A stretch of DNA of 64,000 nucleotides from a virus (IMGVR_UViG_3300023084_000017:1041-65040), one strand, 5' to 3'; shown: positions 29,960 through 40,252, numbered from the stretch's first letter. Notes: generated by a model not told the origin, from the letters alone. Program-made: numbers and translations.

Positions 29960-31195
29960 TTACATATTTGTAATTGAGCAGAATGCGGTTGGTCTGTAAA
30001 TTGCAAAACCTAAACGCATTGTCAATCTAATTGCCAATTGATTCTTCGCAAAGAAATCTGAATGGCTATCAGAAACAGCAAGGTCAACGCCTTCTCTCAT
30101 AATTACTTGAGCTGCGTCTCCACCGCCGAATTTACCTACTAATACTGTTCCAGCAGCAATAACTGTTGAAGGAACAACATTAAGTCCCCATAGTTTTGGA
30201 GAAGGTGCATCACCGAATCCACCAGCAACAACAAATAATGGGTTCTTAGAACCGCTTGTTGTTATATCAGTAACTGATGTAACTAGGTCATACCAGTCTG
30301 ATGGGTGCATTACGATTGCATCTGGTTCAACAAATGCATCTTTTCTGATTTCGGTAATAGCTTGGTAAATTTGACCTAACTTTCCAAGTTCCCCACCATA
30401 TGGGTCACCTGTATAGTCAAATGTGTTAATTCCTGATTTTTGTAACACACCTGTCAAGTTAGGAGCTGAACCGCTACCATTGATTAATTGGTTGTCAAGA
30501 TTCAATTTCATCATTGTTGATAATCTTGAATTGACATATCCTTGAATTCCAGCAACATCAGCTAACAATTCGTCAGTTACAGGTAAGAATGTAGCCATCT
30601 TTCTGATGGATTCTGTTCTTTCTGTAAATGCTAAAGCACCTTCATTAGATGTACTAATGTCAGCAGCTTCAGCAACTGCACCAGCATTGTTGGTGAATGT
30701 TGTTTCTTCTAAATACACATATGCATTTTGGTTAGTTTGAATTTGGTCAAACAATCCAATAACGCTATCTGGATTACGAAGAGCTGTCTCCAAGATTCCT
30801 GGAGCTCTAAGGCTCTCAGGAGCATATCCTGTTGTATTCAAAGTTGTTTTGAATTCAACATTGGAATCTACACCTTTTACGCCATTGTCATTGTATGCTT
30901 TATAAGCATCAGTTCCAACAAACAATTCACCGATGGATTTTACTCCAGCTTTTTGAACGTCTGCATTTGGAATAGCGTTAACAGGTGTATCATTGATTTC
31001 CATTGCTTTTTCGTTTTGAGCTTTTGCTTCTTCAATTTTTAAATCATCAACAAGTCCAGCTAGTTCAGTGTTGAGACCTTTGATTTTTTCTTTGGCCTCA
31101 GCAGAGTACTTGCCGTCTTCTTGTGAATCAAAAGCAGCTTTAAGCTCTTCACGAGATTTAGCAATTTGTTCTTTGAGTTCTTTTGGTCTACTCAT
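29960..31195 (-). CDS. Major capsid protein, HK97 fold
   Basis: RKMATFLPVTDELLAD..QLING.G...LTG..VMHPSDW..LWGL.VV..F.KNQLAIR...R....RP.AF. Confidence 0.95.
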   Translation of the reverse strand: MSRPKELKEQIAKSREELKAAFDSQEDGKYSAEAKEKIKGLNTELAGLVDDLKIEEAKAQNEKAMEINDTPVNAIPNADVQKAGVKSIGELFVGTDAYKAYNDNGVKGVDSNVEFKTTLNTTGYAPESLRAPGILETALRNPDSVIGLFDQIQTNQNAYVYLEETTFTNNAGAVAEAADISTSNEGALAFTERTESIRKMATFLPVTDELLADVAGIQGYVNSRLSTMMKLNLDNQLINGSGSAPNLTGVLQKSGINTFDYTGDPYGGELGKLGQIYQAITEIRKDAFVEPDAIVMHPSDWYDLVTSVTDITTSGSKNPLFVVAGGFGDAPSPKLWGLNVVPSTVIAAGTVLVGKFGGGDAAQVIMREGVDLAVSDSHSDFFAKNQLAIRLTMRLGFAIYRPTAFCSITNM

Positions 31196-31227
31196 TTTTT
31201 AACTTAATCTCCTGTTATATATTTTGA

Positions 31228-32781
31228 TTATTCTTCGATTAAGTCGGCTTCCAAAGATTCTGCAATTAATGCTTGACCTTCAGCCCATAGTGCATCTGAT
31301 TCTTCATCAATAATCTCTTCTTCAGTATCAGCAGAGACTTCTTCTTCGGTTTCAGCTGTAGCAGGAGCTAACTCCTCTTCAACCTCTTCCTCAGTTTCTT
31401 CCTCTTCAATTACTTCAGGTTCGATTACTTCGACTTCATCAACAGGTTCTTCTGTCACTTCAGTCTCGACTTCTTCTACATCAGAAGCTTCTTCCTCAGC
31501 AGATTCCTCTACTTCGGTTTCTAGTTCTTCTACAGCAGCAGAATCAGCAGCACCGAATTCAGTTATGAATTCATCGACTTCAGACCAGGCATCTTGTAAA
31601 TCTTCCTGTACCGCTCTAAGAGCGTCAGTAGCTTTCATACCTAGTTTCCTTCCATCCTTAGCACGTAACATCGCAATGGCGGTAGCTCGTGCCATCAAGT
31701 CGTTAAATGCAGCAAGCACATCTTTGACTTGTTGTGAAAAAGAAACATTATCTTGCGTTTCTTCTTCAACACTTTCACTTACTTTGTAATAAGACTTACC
31801 TTCAGATTCAACAATTGTTATTGTCTTTCCTTCAGCTTCTGCTTCAGCTAATGCTTTTGCAGGGTCTTCATACACTTGTTCTAATACTTTTTCTGGCTTA
31901 GGTTCTACAAGATTATCTTTAGCCACTTTCATTTTTTCAGCTATTTCTCTGAGCATATCTACCCACCATTGTGGTAAGTCTGCATCTTCGTCTTTAGGAA
32001 TAGCAGCAAGAATTTCTTTCATTTCTTGTGTGATATTTCCTAATGCTTCCATAGCAGCGTGTTGCTCTGTATGAGTTTTAGCTTCTTTCATGTCGTCAGC
32101 ATCATCATCACCGTTTATAGCATCTTCATATTCTTCATGTGTTTTACATGGCATATAGATAGTTTTTCCATCTTCATCATGAGAATGTATACCATCGCAA
32201 CCCATTTCTTTAGCTCTTTCCATAGCTTCACCTGGATTGTCAAACATATCTTTACCTACAGATGCCTTACCTTCTTTTGCAATTTCTTTTAATAACTCGT
32301 TATTAGATTTAATTGATAATGTATAAGTATCTTGATTAGCACCAACTAGTACTGGAGATACTTCAAATACAGTTAAATCTTTTAAATATCTTGCATCAAC
32401 TTCTTCATTTGATTTCATATCTTTATGCTTACCAAACTCAGAATCATTGACTCTATATCCGAATGACCATTGTTGAAGGTCACCCATGTTCTTTACTAAC
32501 TTGTAGGCTTCTTGTCCTGAATCTGTGTCCATGAAAAACTCACCAACAAATGTAGCTTTGTCACCATCTTCTCTAATGTAACCTTTTCCAATTGGCATAT
32601 CCCATTTATGAGCCCATACCATAGGTACATCACCAGACTTGAAACCTGATTTTATTGAACCTGGGAGAACAATGTCTCCATCGGAATCTAGATTATTGAA
32701 AACAGAAAAGACAGCAGAGACTTTACCTTCGGAGTCTTCATCAAATTTAAAGTCTATATTCTTTACTTCTCTTTCTTGCAT
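31228..32781 (-). CDS. HK97-family prohead protease with a DUF3721-like insert and acidic scaffold-like tail
   Basis: DSDGDIVLPG..MVWAH..PIG..SFGY..FEVSPVLVGAN; then A.ERAKEMGC.G.H.H....YMPC..H. Confidence 0.88.
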   Translation of the reverse strand: MQEREVKNIDFKFDEDSEGKVSAVFSVFNNLDSDGDIVLPGSIKSGFKSGDVPMVWAHKWDMPIGKGYIREDGDKATFVGEFFMDTDSGQEAYKLVKNMGDLQQWSFGYRVNDSEFGKHKDMKSNEEVDARYLKDLTVFEVSPVLVGANQDTYTLSIKSNNELLKEIAKEGKASVGKDMFDNPGEAMERAKEMGCDGIHSHDEDGKTIYMPCKTHEEYEDAINGDDDADDMKEAKTHTEQHAAMEALGNITQEMKEILAAIPKDEDADLPQWWVDMLREIAEKMKVAKDNLVEPKPEKVLEQVYEDPAKALAEAEAEGKTITIVESEGKSYYKVSESVEEETQDNVSFSQQVKDVLAAFNDLMARATAIAMLRAKDGRKLGMKATDALRAVQEDLQDAWSEVDEFITEFGAADSAAVEELETEVEESAEEEASDVEEVETEVTEEPVDEVEVIEPEVIEEEETEEEVEEELAPATAETEEEVSADTEEEIIDEESDALWAEGQALIAESLEADLIEE

Positions 32782-32820
32782 GCAAATGCTCCTCTGTAAT
32801 TACAGTTATATAAGATTATT

Positions 32821-35442
32821 TTAAACAGAGGTGTTTGAATTTAGTGTCTTTTCTTTTGTTATATCTTTAATTACAGTTAGCTTTGATATTGGCATGGTTA
32901 CACTTCTATCTGTTTTTTTGTGTTTACCATTTTCTAATATTGCCCAAACCTGCATTGTAGCTTCTTTACCATCGACTGATATTACTACACCATGTACTGT
33001 TGAAGGTGGGTCGGGGTCCTTATTTATTGACCAACTGACAGATTGACCAACTCTAACGCTTGATGCTTTCTCCCCACTTTTTTTAGATGAGAGAGGGTGT
33101 GAAGAAGGCAGCAAGTCGGTATCGTATGGTTTTCTCTTAAACTTACCAGTTCTCAATGCATGAAGGAACCCGTTTACACGTGCTATTCCCCATTGGTCAG
33201 CAGATGTTACATTACCTCTTACTGAGCCAGGGTTAGTACGATAAGCACCTACACCTCTATTGAACACAGAAACTAAAGTTCTAAGATTTGTTTTATACTT
33301 AGGACTTCCATCGTTATGTTCTTTAACCTTGTTAGTAAGTATCTTTCTGACATTAGCAGAAACCTTTGATGCAAATGCTTCATCAAGTATTTCATTTGCA
33401 ACTTCTAAACTTTTCTTTCTTCTTCTACGAACTAATTCTTTTCTTTCATTAATTATTTTTTTCATAGCAGGAACGCCAATATTAGAAACACCACCCCATT
33501 TAATGTTTGCTATTGTTCCATTAAGTCTTGTATTACCTTGATGTCTTCCCATGTATCGTTCTCTTCTACGAACCCAGCTAAGAACTGCTTCACTTCTATC
33601 GCCAGCTTTATATTTAGCCCAGTTTCTGTAAGCATCATTACCTGTAAAAGATGTTGGAGGATTACCACCGTTACCAGCTAATCTCCAAATCTCAGGCCAG
33701 TTCTCTTTTAAATCTTTTGCATAAGCAAATGGAAACTCTTTGTATTTAGAATTAGATATTCTTACTGCTCTATCATCTCCAGGGCTAGGAAAGTTTGTTC
33801 TATCTTTTTTTGGTTTTTCTTTCTTCTCACTACGCCATGAATCAGAATCAATCTCTTCCAATGCTTCAGCTTCTTCTGTAGAAACTTTTATTTCTTCCAT
33901 TTCTGCTAAAGCTTTTTTCATACTTGCTAAAAACTTTTCAGCTTCAGCTCTTGTTTTAAAACATTTAATTACTTCATTGTCATAATGACTCACTACACAA
34001 AATGCACCGTTAGGCATTTCAGCAATATATTTATCTTCTGATATTCTTTGTGGTGATTCAACAACGTCTTGTCTTGTAGACTCTGGTGGCAATGCAACAG
34101 AACCTAGTAAAGCTTTTCCTTCATCTGGAGAAAATCTATCTCTTTCTAATAATGGTTGTCCATCTTCAGTAATCTGTACTGTATTAAGAGGTCTTAAATA
34201 AATATCATGTCTGTCGTCTGCTTCAAGTCCTACAACTTTTCTAGCTTCACCAATAGTTATCCAGCCACCTTGAACACCAGTGTTTACTCTCTTGTAAAGT
34301 TCATCCATATCTTCTGATAATGCTCTTACTTTTGTGTAATCAAATTCGCAAACACCACCATCAGTTATTCCATAATCTGGTTCTAATAGTTGATGAGTTA
34401 ATTCTGAAGAAACCATTTTCCATAAAGGTATGAGTTTTTGTTCTGTAAAGAACTCTCTTAATTCTCTTGTATTGTTATAAGTTGCTGAATCTAAACCAGC
34501 ACCAAGACCAGCAAGAATTGCAGGAACACCCAACACAGCAGATATTCTTTCTTCTGGTAATCTTCTTAATTCTTGTAGTTTCATTTGGTCAGGTGAGAAA
34601 GAAACAATATCTACATTCATAGAACCAGACAAAACCATTGGAGCACCTCTATTAGCACCACCAAATTTTTGCTTATAAGATTCTGATATAGCTTCGGCTT
34701 CTTCTCTTGTTGGACCTCCAAGAGAATCGTTACGTGGAGAAAGAACAACACCTGGTACAGCCATATTGTGCAATAAGGCAGCTGACCATTGTCCTGCTGA
34801 TTCATCACCTAGTATTTCTCTCAACACACCTTTAAGGGGAGCATGTCCTCTTCGATGGTCGTTAGGGTCTATTCCTTGTCGGATATGTACTATGTCATCT
34901 ACTGGAATCTTTAAATTTTCTCCACCTTTACCATTCTGATAATATTCATAATGTGTAATTAGTTCGTTTTCGTTTCCCCTTACCTCAACTAAGTTAGGCA
35001 TAATAGGAACAAGTTGTACTACTTTACCACTTGAGTTTCTGTTTTTATAAAGAAAAGCATCTCCGATTGTATTTATTGCTAAAACTATATAGTGAGATAA
35101 AAGACCAGCAGACATAAAAGGATTAGGTCTCTTGTATAAATTAGTTATAGGATGATTTGTCTGTACATCTCTATTACCAAAACTATCTGTCTTAACAACT
35201 TGCAATGTTGGTTCTGAAAATGCTGTAGATAAAACATTTAAACAAGCAATAACTGCGGAGTTAGCAGAGCCATCGCCTATTTCTCTTAGCTTATCTGATT
35301 CCCAGAATCCTGCTGTAGTATTGTATCCATATACAGACAAATCAGTACCATAAGTTTGGTTATAATTCGCTGCAGTTTTGCTTCCGATGTCCCTACCTGT
35401 TAAGGCATCGAAGGCTTTTTGAAATCTATTTCTTTCTGCCAT
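32821..35442 (-). CDS. HK97-family portal protein with a long C-terminal extension
   Basis: PNPFMS..G.A.L...R..HIR..G..P..N.A.PG..I...GVP..L.G..ATY.N..W.T.GEAR...GL portal motifs in the N-terminal half. Confidence 0.92.
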   Translation of the reverse strand: MAERNRFQKAFDALTGRDIGSKTAANYNQTYGTDLSVYGYNTTAGFWESDKLREIGDGSANSAVIACLNVLSTAFSEPTLQVVKTDSFGNRDVQTNHPITNLYKRPNPFMSAGLLSHYIVLAINTIGDAFLYKNRNSSGKVVQLVPIMPNLVEVRGNENELITHYEYYQNGKGGENLKIPVDDIVHIRQGIDPNDHRRGHAPLKGVLREILGDESAGQWSAALLHNMAVPGVVLSPRNDSLGGPTREEAEAISESYKQKFGGANRGAPMVLSGSMNVDIVSFSPDQMKLQELRRLPEERISAVLGVPAILAGLGAGLDSATYNNTRELREFFTEQKLIPLWKMVSSELTHQLLEPDYGITDGGVCEFDYTKVRALSEDMDELYKRVNTGVQGGWITIGEARKVVGLEADDRHDIYLRPLNTVQITEDGQPLLERDRFSPDEGKALLGSVALPPESTRQDVVESPQRISEDKYIAEMPNGAFCVVSHYDNEVIKCFKTRAEAEKFLASMKKALAEMEEIKVSTEEAEALEEIDSDSWRSEKKEKPKKDRTNFPSPGDDRAVRISNSKYKEFPFAYAKDLKENWPEIWRLAGNGGNPPTSFTGNDAYRNWAKYKAGDRSEAVLSWVRRRERYMGRHQGNTRLNGTIANIKWGGVSNIGVPAMKKIINERKELVRRRRKKSLEVANEILDEAFASKVSANVRKILTNKVKEHNDGSPKYKTNLRTLVSVFNRGVGAYRTNPGSVRGNVTSADQWGIARVNGFLHALRTGKFKRKPYDTDLLPSSHPLSSKKSGEKASSVRVGQSVSWSINKDPDPPSTVHGVVISVDGKEATMQVWAILENGKHKKTDRSVTMPISKLTVIKDITKEKTLNSNTSV

Positions 35443-35445
35443 TTA

Positions 35446-36663
35446 TTAATACGCTTCCCAGACGCGTTTTTTTTGCATCTCTTGAGCTCCAAGTGCCATA
35501 GCGTCTACCATGTCATCATGCGAACCTAGCGGAAATGCAAGGAGCTCACGCTCTAGGTTCGGTAGCCATGGTGCTTCCGCTTTTAAAAGTACATCTCCAG
35601 ACTCCATCCTAGCCGATAAAGGTAAAGCTTTGGTTATTTTATCCTTATCTGCTTTCATTTCTTGTACCCTATATCCCTCTCTTTGAAGCATTTGAGAAAC
35701 TGTTTTAGATAAGCCGACATTCTCAATACAAACATGTGACCAGTTATATCTATCGTACATATTTCTTATTTCTGGAAATAAATCAGGTCCTTCTACTTTA
35801 ATTTGTTTTACATCATTAACAAACAATGTACCATCGTTATGTTTAGCAAAATCTACTAGTGCTGTATGGTCTGAAGAAGTAGCAGTAGTTACAGCAATAT
35901 CAACTGCACCAAAGTGTTGTAGTTCTAATGGGTCCCATGAACCACCACCACCTACCCATAAACCATCTTCACTTTTTTGAAAATAATTCAACCAATGAGG
36001 TTTAAATAGAGACTGACCATCTTCAACAAACTCTGCTAAATACTCTTGCGTATATATAATAGAACCAACTTCTTTCTTGGCAATTTCTAATTCGTCAGGG
36101 TCAATAGCTGGGTTGTCTAATGTAGAAAATCTAAATGTTTCCCAATTATCATCATCTTGTGCATTTTGCCATAAATCATAAAACCAATTGTTCATACCCA
36201 TTGGAGTACTAATAAATAAACCTTTACCTTTTCTTTCTGTAAGTGTTGGTCTTAGAACTTCTCTCCACACTTCTGGTTTTACAAAAGCTGCTTCATCCAT
36301 AACTAGAAAGTCAAGACCTTCACCTCTTAATCTTTGTGGATTATCAGCAGATTTAGCAGCAATAAAACCACCATTTTCAAAATGAACTTCCATGTTTGCA
36401 ATAGAAACTTTAGGTCTTATCTTTTCGGGGAACGACATAGCTGCTGCTTCAATAGCTCTCCAACCTACACGAGCAATTGCGAATGTTGGTGCAACCCACC
36501 AAGCTCTTTTACCTTCTAAAGCATTTTCCATACACATCTGTACACCAAGACGTGTCTTACCAAATCTTCGACCAGCACAAAGAACTTTCCACCTAGCTTC
36601 AGATTCCGCTACAGTTTTCTGTGCTTCATGAAGTGCAGGGAGAACACCCTTGTATTTAACCAT
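35446..36663 (-). CDS. terL: Terminase large subunit
   Basis: Walker A GRRFGKT, Walker B LVMDEAA, ISTP motif, nuclease HDDMVDA. Confidence 0.95.
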   Translation of the reverse strand: MVKYKGVLPALHEAQKTVAESEARWKVLCAGRRFGKTRLGVQMCMENALEGKRAWWVAPTFAIARVGWRAIEAAAMSFPEKIRPKVSIANMEVHFENGGFIAAKSADNPQRLRGEGLDFLVMDEAAFVKPEVWREVLRPTLTERKGKGLFISTPMGMNNWFYDLWQNAQDDDNWETFRFSTLDNPAIDPDELEIAKKEVGSIIYTQEYLAEFVEDGQSLFKPHWLNYFQKSEDGLWVGGGGSWDPLELQHFGAVDIAVTTATSSDHTALVDFAKHNDGTLFVNDVKQIKVEGPDLFPEIRNMYDRYNWSHVCIENVGLSKTVSQMLQREGYRVQEMKADKDKITKALPLSARMESGDVLLKAEAPWLPNLERELLAFPLGSHDDMVDAMALGAQEMQKKRVWEAY

Positions 36664-37157
36664 TACTCTTCATCGTACTCTTCCCACGTTTCAAGCAACG
36701 CAAATACTGTTTCCTCCAATCTGTCTAACTCCATAACTACTAAACCATCAGAAGTTCCATCAGGCATTGCAACAAATACAAATGGTTTGTTACTACCTAT
36801 TGCTGTATTGTTAGAATCTGATTGTGCTTTAGCATTTTTAAATTTAGTCCATAAGGTCTGAACTTGCTTTCCAGCTTTTACTTCAACTCTTACTTGACCT
36901 AACCAACTTTCTTCATGTCCCATCATCGACCTGAACTTAGTATTTGGTATCTTTAATTTTTTACGAGCAAGGTTTTGTTTTCTTCTACCTTTGTTTCTAT
37001 TACGACGAGCTCTTTGAGCCGCTTCACTTTTAGCTGGGTCATCAGGATTATATCTTTTTTGTCCCATAGCTACATGAAACCCTGGACCTTTCTCTCTAAG
37101 TTTTCTTGATTTGTATTCAGAATATGTTTCATCATCTCTCATGTCAAAGCCTGACAT
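36663..37157 (-). CDS. Putative PD-(D/E)xK nuclease, Holliday junction resolvase-like
   Basis: R.KGRR.Q..VEVK motif; likely start MSGFD behind an AGGTGG RBS. Confidence 0.5.
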   Translation of the reverse strand: MSGFDMRDDETYSEYKSRKLREKGPGFHVAMGQKRYNPDDPAKSEAAQRARRNRNKGRRKQNLARKKLKIPNTKFRSMMGHEESWLGQVRVEVKAGKQVQTLWTKFKNAKAQSDSNNTAIGSNKPFVFVAMPDGTSDGLVVMELDRLEETVFALLETWEEYDEE

Positions 37158-37158
37158 A

Positions 37159-37404
37159 TTACCACCTAAACTTTCTTTTCTTTGCTTCACTATATTTCTT
37201 ATATGAAGTGACTGATAAATCACTTGGGTCTTTTTCCCATTCTACATCAACAGGAGTTTCAAACATAACGTTTCTAGAAATTTGTCTTTGTGTAGGACTA
37301 GAACACTTAGGACAATTTATTTGAGGTTCTTCTTTAATTCCATAAGTAACTTCAAAAAGAAATTCGCAAATATCTTTAATACATTTATGTTCATATCTAG
37401 GCAT
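37159..37404 (-). CDS. FmdB-family zinc-ribbon protein
   Basis: MP.YE.KC....C...FE.........CPKC.S...R.IS. Confidence 0.8.
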   Translation of the reverse strand: MPRYEHKCIKDICEFLFEVTYGIKEEPQINCPKCSSPTQRQISRNVMFETPVDVEWEKDPSDLSVTSYKKYSEAKKRKFRW

Positions 37405-37493
37405 AGAGTAATTATAGTAGTAATTTTGAATACGGCTATCCTATGGACAGCCGATGATGGGAGGAGGTCGGTGTGGATGCCGACATCTTTATA

Positions 37494-37697
37494 TTACTTA
37501 TTCTTAATATACCTTGTGGTATTTGACTGTCTAATAAATTTATTAAGGTAAGCATCGATGTAATCAAAAATATTTATTTCGTTTGGGATTATCATCTGTT
37601 GAACTGCTTCGTTCTTTTCAAACATAATTACAAGAGTTTCATTCTTAAGAGTTTCTTTTTTAAATCTGTAACCTGCGTATATAAAATCTTGAATCAT
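37494..37697 (-). CDS. Hypothetical protein
   Basis: 67-aa ORF co-oriented with the operon. Confidence 0.5.
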   Translation of the reverse strand: MIQDFIYAGYRFKKETLKNETLVIMFEKNEAVQQMIIPNEINIFDYIDAYLNKFIRQSNTTRYIKNK

Positions 37698-37831
37698 GGT
37701 TCTATAAATATACCATAGGGGTTTGGTATTTAAATAAGATGGCCGCCTCGCAGGACGGCCTTAATCTTATGACTGAAAAGTATTCTTCCTATGAACAAGT
37801 CCATAGACGATTACGATTCTAGTATATCAAC

Positions 37832-38995
37832 TTATGCAGATAGTCTACTTTGTTTTAAAGATTGTAATTCTTCTCCTACATCTTCAAACATCTCTGACCA
37901 CATTGGTTGCCAGTAACCTACTGGTCTTAATTGGTCAAACTGTCTAGCTACTCTGACACCTTTTTGCATCAGCTTAACTCCAATATTATCCCAAACAGTT
38001 TTAGCCTTGTGAAAGTCGAACTTCTTTTCCATTGCAATCATTGTTCTGAAAGAAGCAAGAACAGGAACGAGTACTGCTTGTTGTAGTACGTATTCCATTT
38101 CTTTATCATCTTCAATGAATAGTGTTTGGTTTTTATTGTTAGACCATTTGGAAAATATAAATGGAGTATCATCTATAGTTTCGCCTGTAGCCTCACACCA
38201 CATTGGATAAGAAGTTTCTTGTACATAGTCTTTGAATTTATATATAGCTTTTAGACTAGACTCAAACTTCTTGTATTCTGCTTTAGATTCCTCATAACGT
38301 GCAACAATTTTATTTTTGCCACCATAAGCCCATACTTTATTTATAGGTTTAGTTGTTAATTCAGAACCATCTGGGATTAATGAATATACAGTAGAAAGAA
38401 TATCTCTAACTTTTATAGTACCTTCATCTCCTTGGAAATAGACTATTGAATCTTCATAAGGCGTATTCTTGAAACCTTTTTTAATCCATTCAAATTCTCC
38501 CTTATGGTTCAACAATGATTCATCACTGACTTGTAATGAGTTGTTGAGACCAATAGAGATATTTAGTCTTGTGCTTTCATCTGTAACACCAGTCATAATA
38601 AACACTCTAACTAGCCTATCTTCTGGAATAGAATTACTATTCTCTCTAATAGCACCATACAAGTGTCCACCATTAACAACACCATCTTTGTTTGATAGCG
38701 TAAGTGTTATTGAATTATCTTCTACTACTGCATCAGTAGCAAAGATATGTATGCCAAGTGCTGCAAACATAAATAAGTCTGGCGTCTCTTGCTCATCAGT
38801 AAGAGCTGCAACCATTTCTTTATATGATGCTTTGTCAGCTATTGGCTTTCTTGGATTTGGATTATCTGGTAATTCATCAGCTTCAGCTAAATCCTTACAT
38901 TTGATATATCCATAGTATTCTTTAACATTCTTATCAGTTAAAGAAGTTAGTGTACGAATTGCCTGAATAGGCAGTGTGATTTTTGCATTACGCAT
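37832..38995 (-). CDS. AIPR-family (ParB-like superfamily) protein
   Basis: NPNPR..F.....GI....VVNGGH..ISIGLN...V motifs; start MRNAKI behind AAAGAGG. Confidence 0.65.
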   Translation of the reverse strand: MRNAKITLPIQAIRTLTSLTDKNVKEYYGYIKCKDLAEADELPDNPNPRKPIADKASYKEMVAALTDEQETPDLFMFAALGIHIFATDAVVEDNSITLTLSNKDGVVNGGHLYGAIRENSNSIPEDRLVRVFIMTGVTDESTRLNISIGLNNSLQVSDESLLNHKGEFEWIKKGFKNTPYEDSIVYFQGDEGTIKVRDILSTVYSLIPDGSELTTKPINKVWAYGGKNKIVARYEESKAEYKKFESSLKAIYKFKDYVQETSYPMWCEATGETIDDTPFIFSKWSNNKNQTLFIEDDKEMEYVLQQAVLVPVLASFRTMIAMEKKFDFHKAKTVWDNIGVKLMQKGVRVARQFDQLRPVGYWQPMWSEMFEDVGEELQSLKQSRLSA

Positions 38996-39102
38996 TTTAT
39001 CCTCTTTCTTTTTTGAGATATCCTTTTGATAATCTCTCTTACCACGCAACTTTTGTTGGTGTATAAGAAATATTAGACAATATAAAAATTAAGTCAAGAA
39101 CC

Positions 39103-39678
39103 TTATACGAAAATCCAAGCAGGTTTTTCGTTTATGTATTTAAAAATCTTTGCCAACATACGAACATCTTCAATAGCAGAGTGTGCTTTATACTCCTCAT
39201 CTAACATCCACTTTGCTACATCAACTTGACTATGAGCTTTATCTGGATACATTTGCTTAATCTCCGCTTTAGTATCCCTCCATTTACATAATGGAACTAG
39301 AGTTTGATACTTCTCGCAGGTTTGTTCCATAACTTGCTGGTCAAAAACAAAAGCATTATGTGCAACAGCAGTCTTACCTGTAAGAACTTTCTGTATTTCT
39401 GGGTAGATATCTTCCCATTTCTGTAAATCATTACGTTTAACAAAGTCATCTTTCTCAAATCCATGGATATCAGTAGCCCAAGGTATGCCTTCTTTAATAA
39501 AATCTGTGTGTGGTTCTATGAAATAATGGTACTCTTGGTCACTAGATAAATCTATCATGGCAAATTCAATAGGGTCATACCATAGTTTTGACTTAAAATA
39601 TCCATTCATTACAGGGGGTGTGTGTAATATATCTGCACCTGTGGTCTCAAAATCTAGTATTACGAACTTATCTTCCAT
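39103..39678 (-). CDS. DEDDh 3'-5' exonuclease (DnaQ-like)
   Basis: DFETTG..IHG..AHNA.FD..H.A..D. Confidence 0.9.
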   Translation of the reverse strand: MEDKFVILDFETTGADILHTPPVMNGYFKSKLWYDPIEFAMIDLSSDQEYHYFIEPHTDFIKEGIPWATDIHGFEKDDFVKRNDLQKWEDIYPEIQKVLTGKTAVAHNAFVFDQQVMEQTCEKYQTLVPLCKWRDTKAEIKQMYPDKAHSQVDVAKWMLDEEYKAHSAIEDVRMLAKIFKYINEKPAWIFV

Positions 39679-39821
39679 CTGGTCTTAGCCTTTTAATCTT
39701 ATAGGGTATTTCATACCCCTGTGTTTCTAGGTAGTAGAACATTTCATGTCTTGTAAATGGTCCAAATAGCATTGGGTCATCTCCCTTAGTCAATATTATC
39801 TCCCAGTAATAAACAGGAACT

Positions 39822-40130
39822 TTAAAACTTTTCGCCTTTTTTTCTTCGTTCTCGTCTAATGGCTCTGCGTTCTCGTTCAGATTTACCACCCCATATTCCA
39901 AATCGTTCTTTTCTTACTACTGCAAATTCTAGACACTCTTCTCGAACTTTACATTCTTTACAAATTGCCTTTGCAATTACAGTACTACTACCTCTCTCTG
40001 GAAAAAACTCATCTTGGTCTGTACCAACACAGTTAGCATCTTTGTACCAATCTGGAATCTGTAGGATATCAGCAAGCGTCGCTATAAAACTCTCCCTTAT
40101 TGCTGTATATATACTAAAGACATTAACCAT
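39822..40130 (-). CDS. whiB: WhiB-family Fe-S transcription factor
   Basis: W...A.C...D...FFP.RG......K.IC..C.V...CL..A......GIWGG.SERER, with four conserved Cys. Confidence 0.95.
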   Translation of the reverse strand: MVNVFSIYTAIRESFIATLADILQIPDWYKDANCVGTDQDEFFPERGSSTVIAKAICKECKVREECLEFAVVRKERFGIWGGKSERERRAIRRERRKKGEKF

Positions 40131-40236
40131 CCTTTAATACATTTATAAAGATACACACCATAACCATCCCTAAAGGCTTTATTCTTTTGATATATTTCCA
40201 TCTTTAGGATAGTAGGAGGTAAAAAAATTTTTTTTC

Positions 40237-40252
40237 TCGAACATATGTTCTA
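40237..40252. promoter_or_regulatory. LexA (SOS) box upstream of whiB
   Basis: TCGAACATATGTTCTA, one mismatch from the actinobacterial consensus TCGAAC-N4-GTTCGA; intergenic. Confidence 0.65.
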
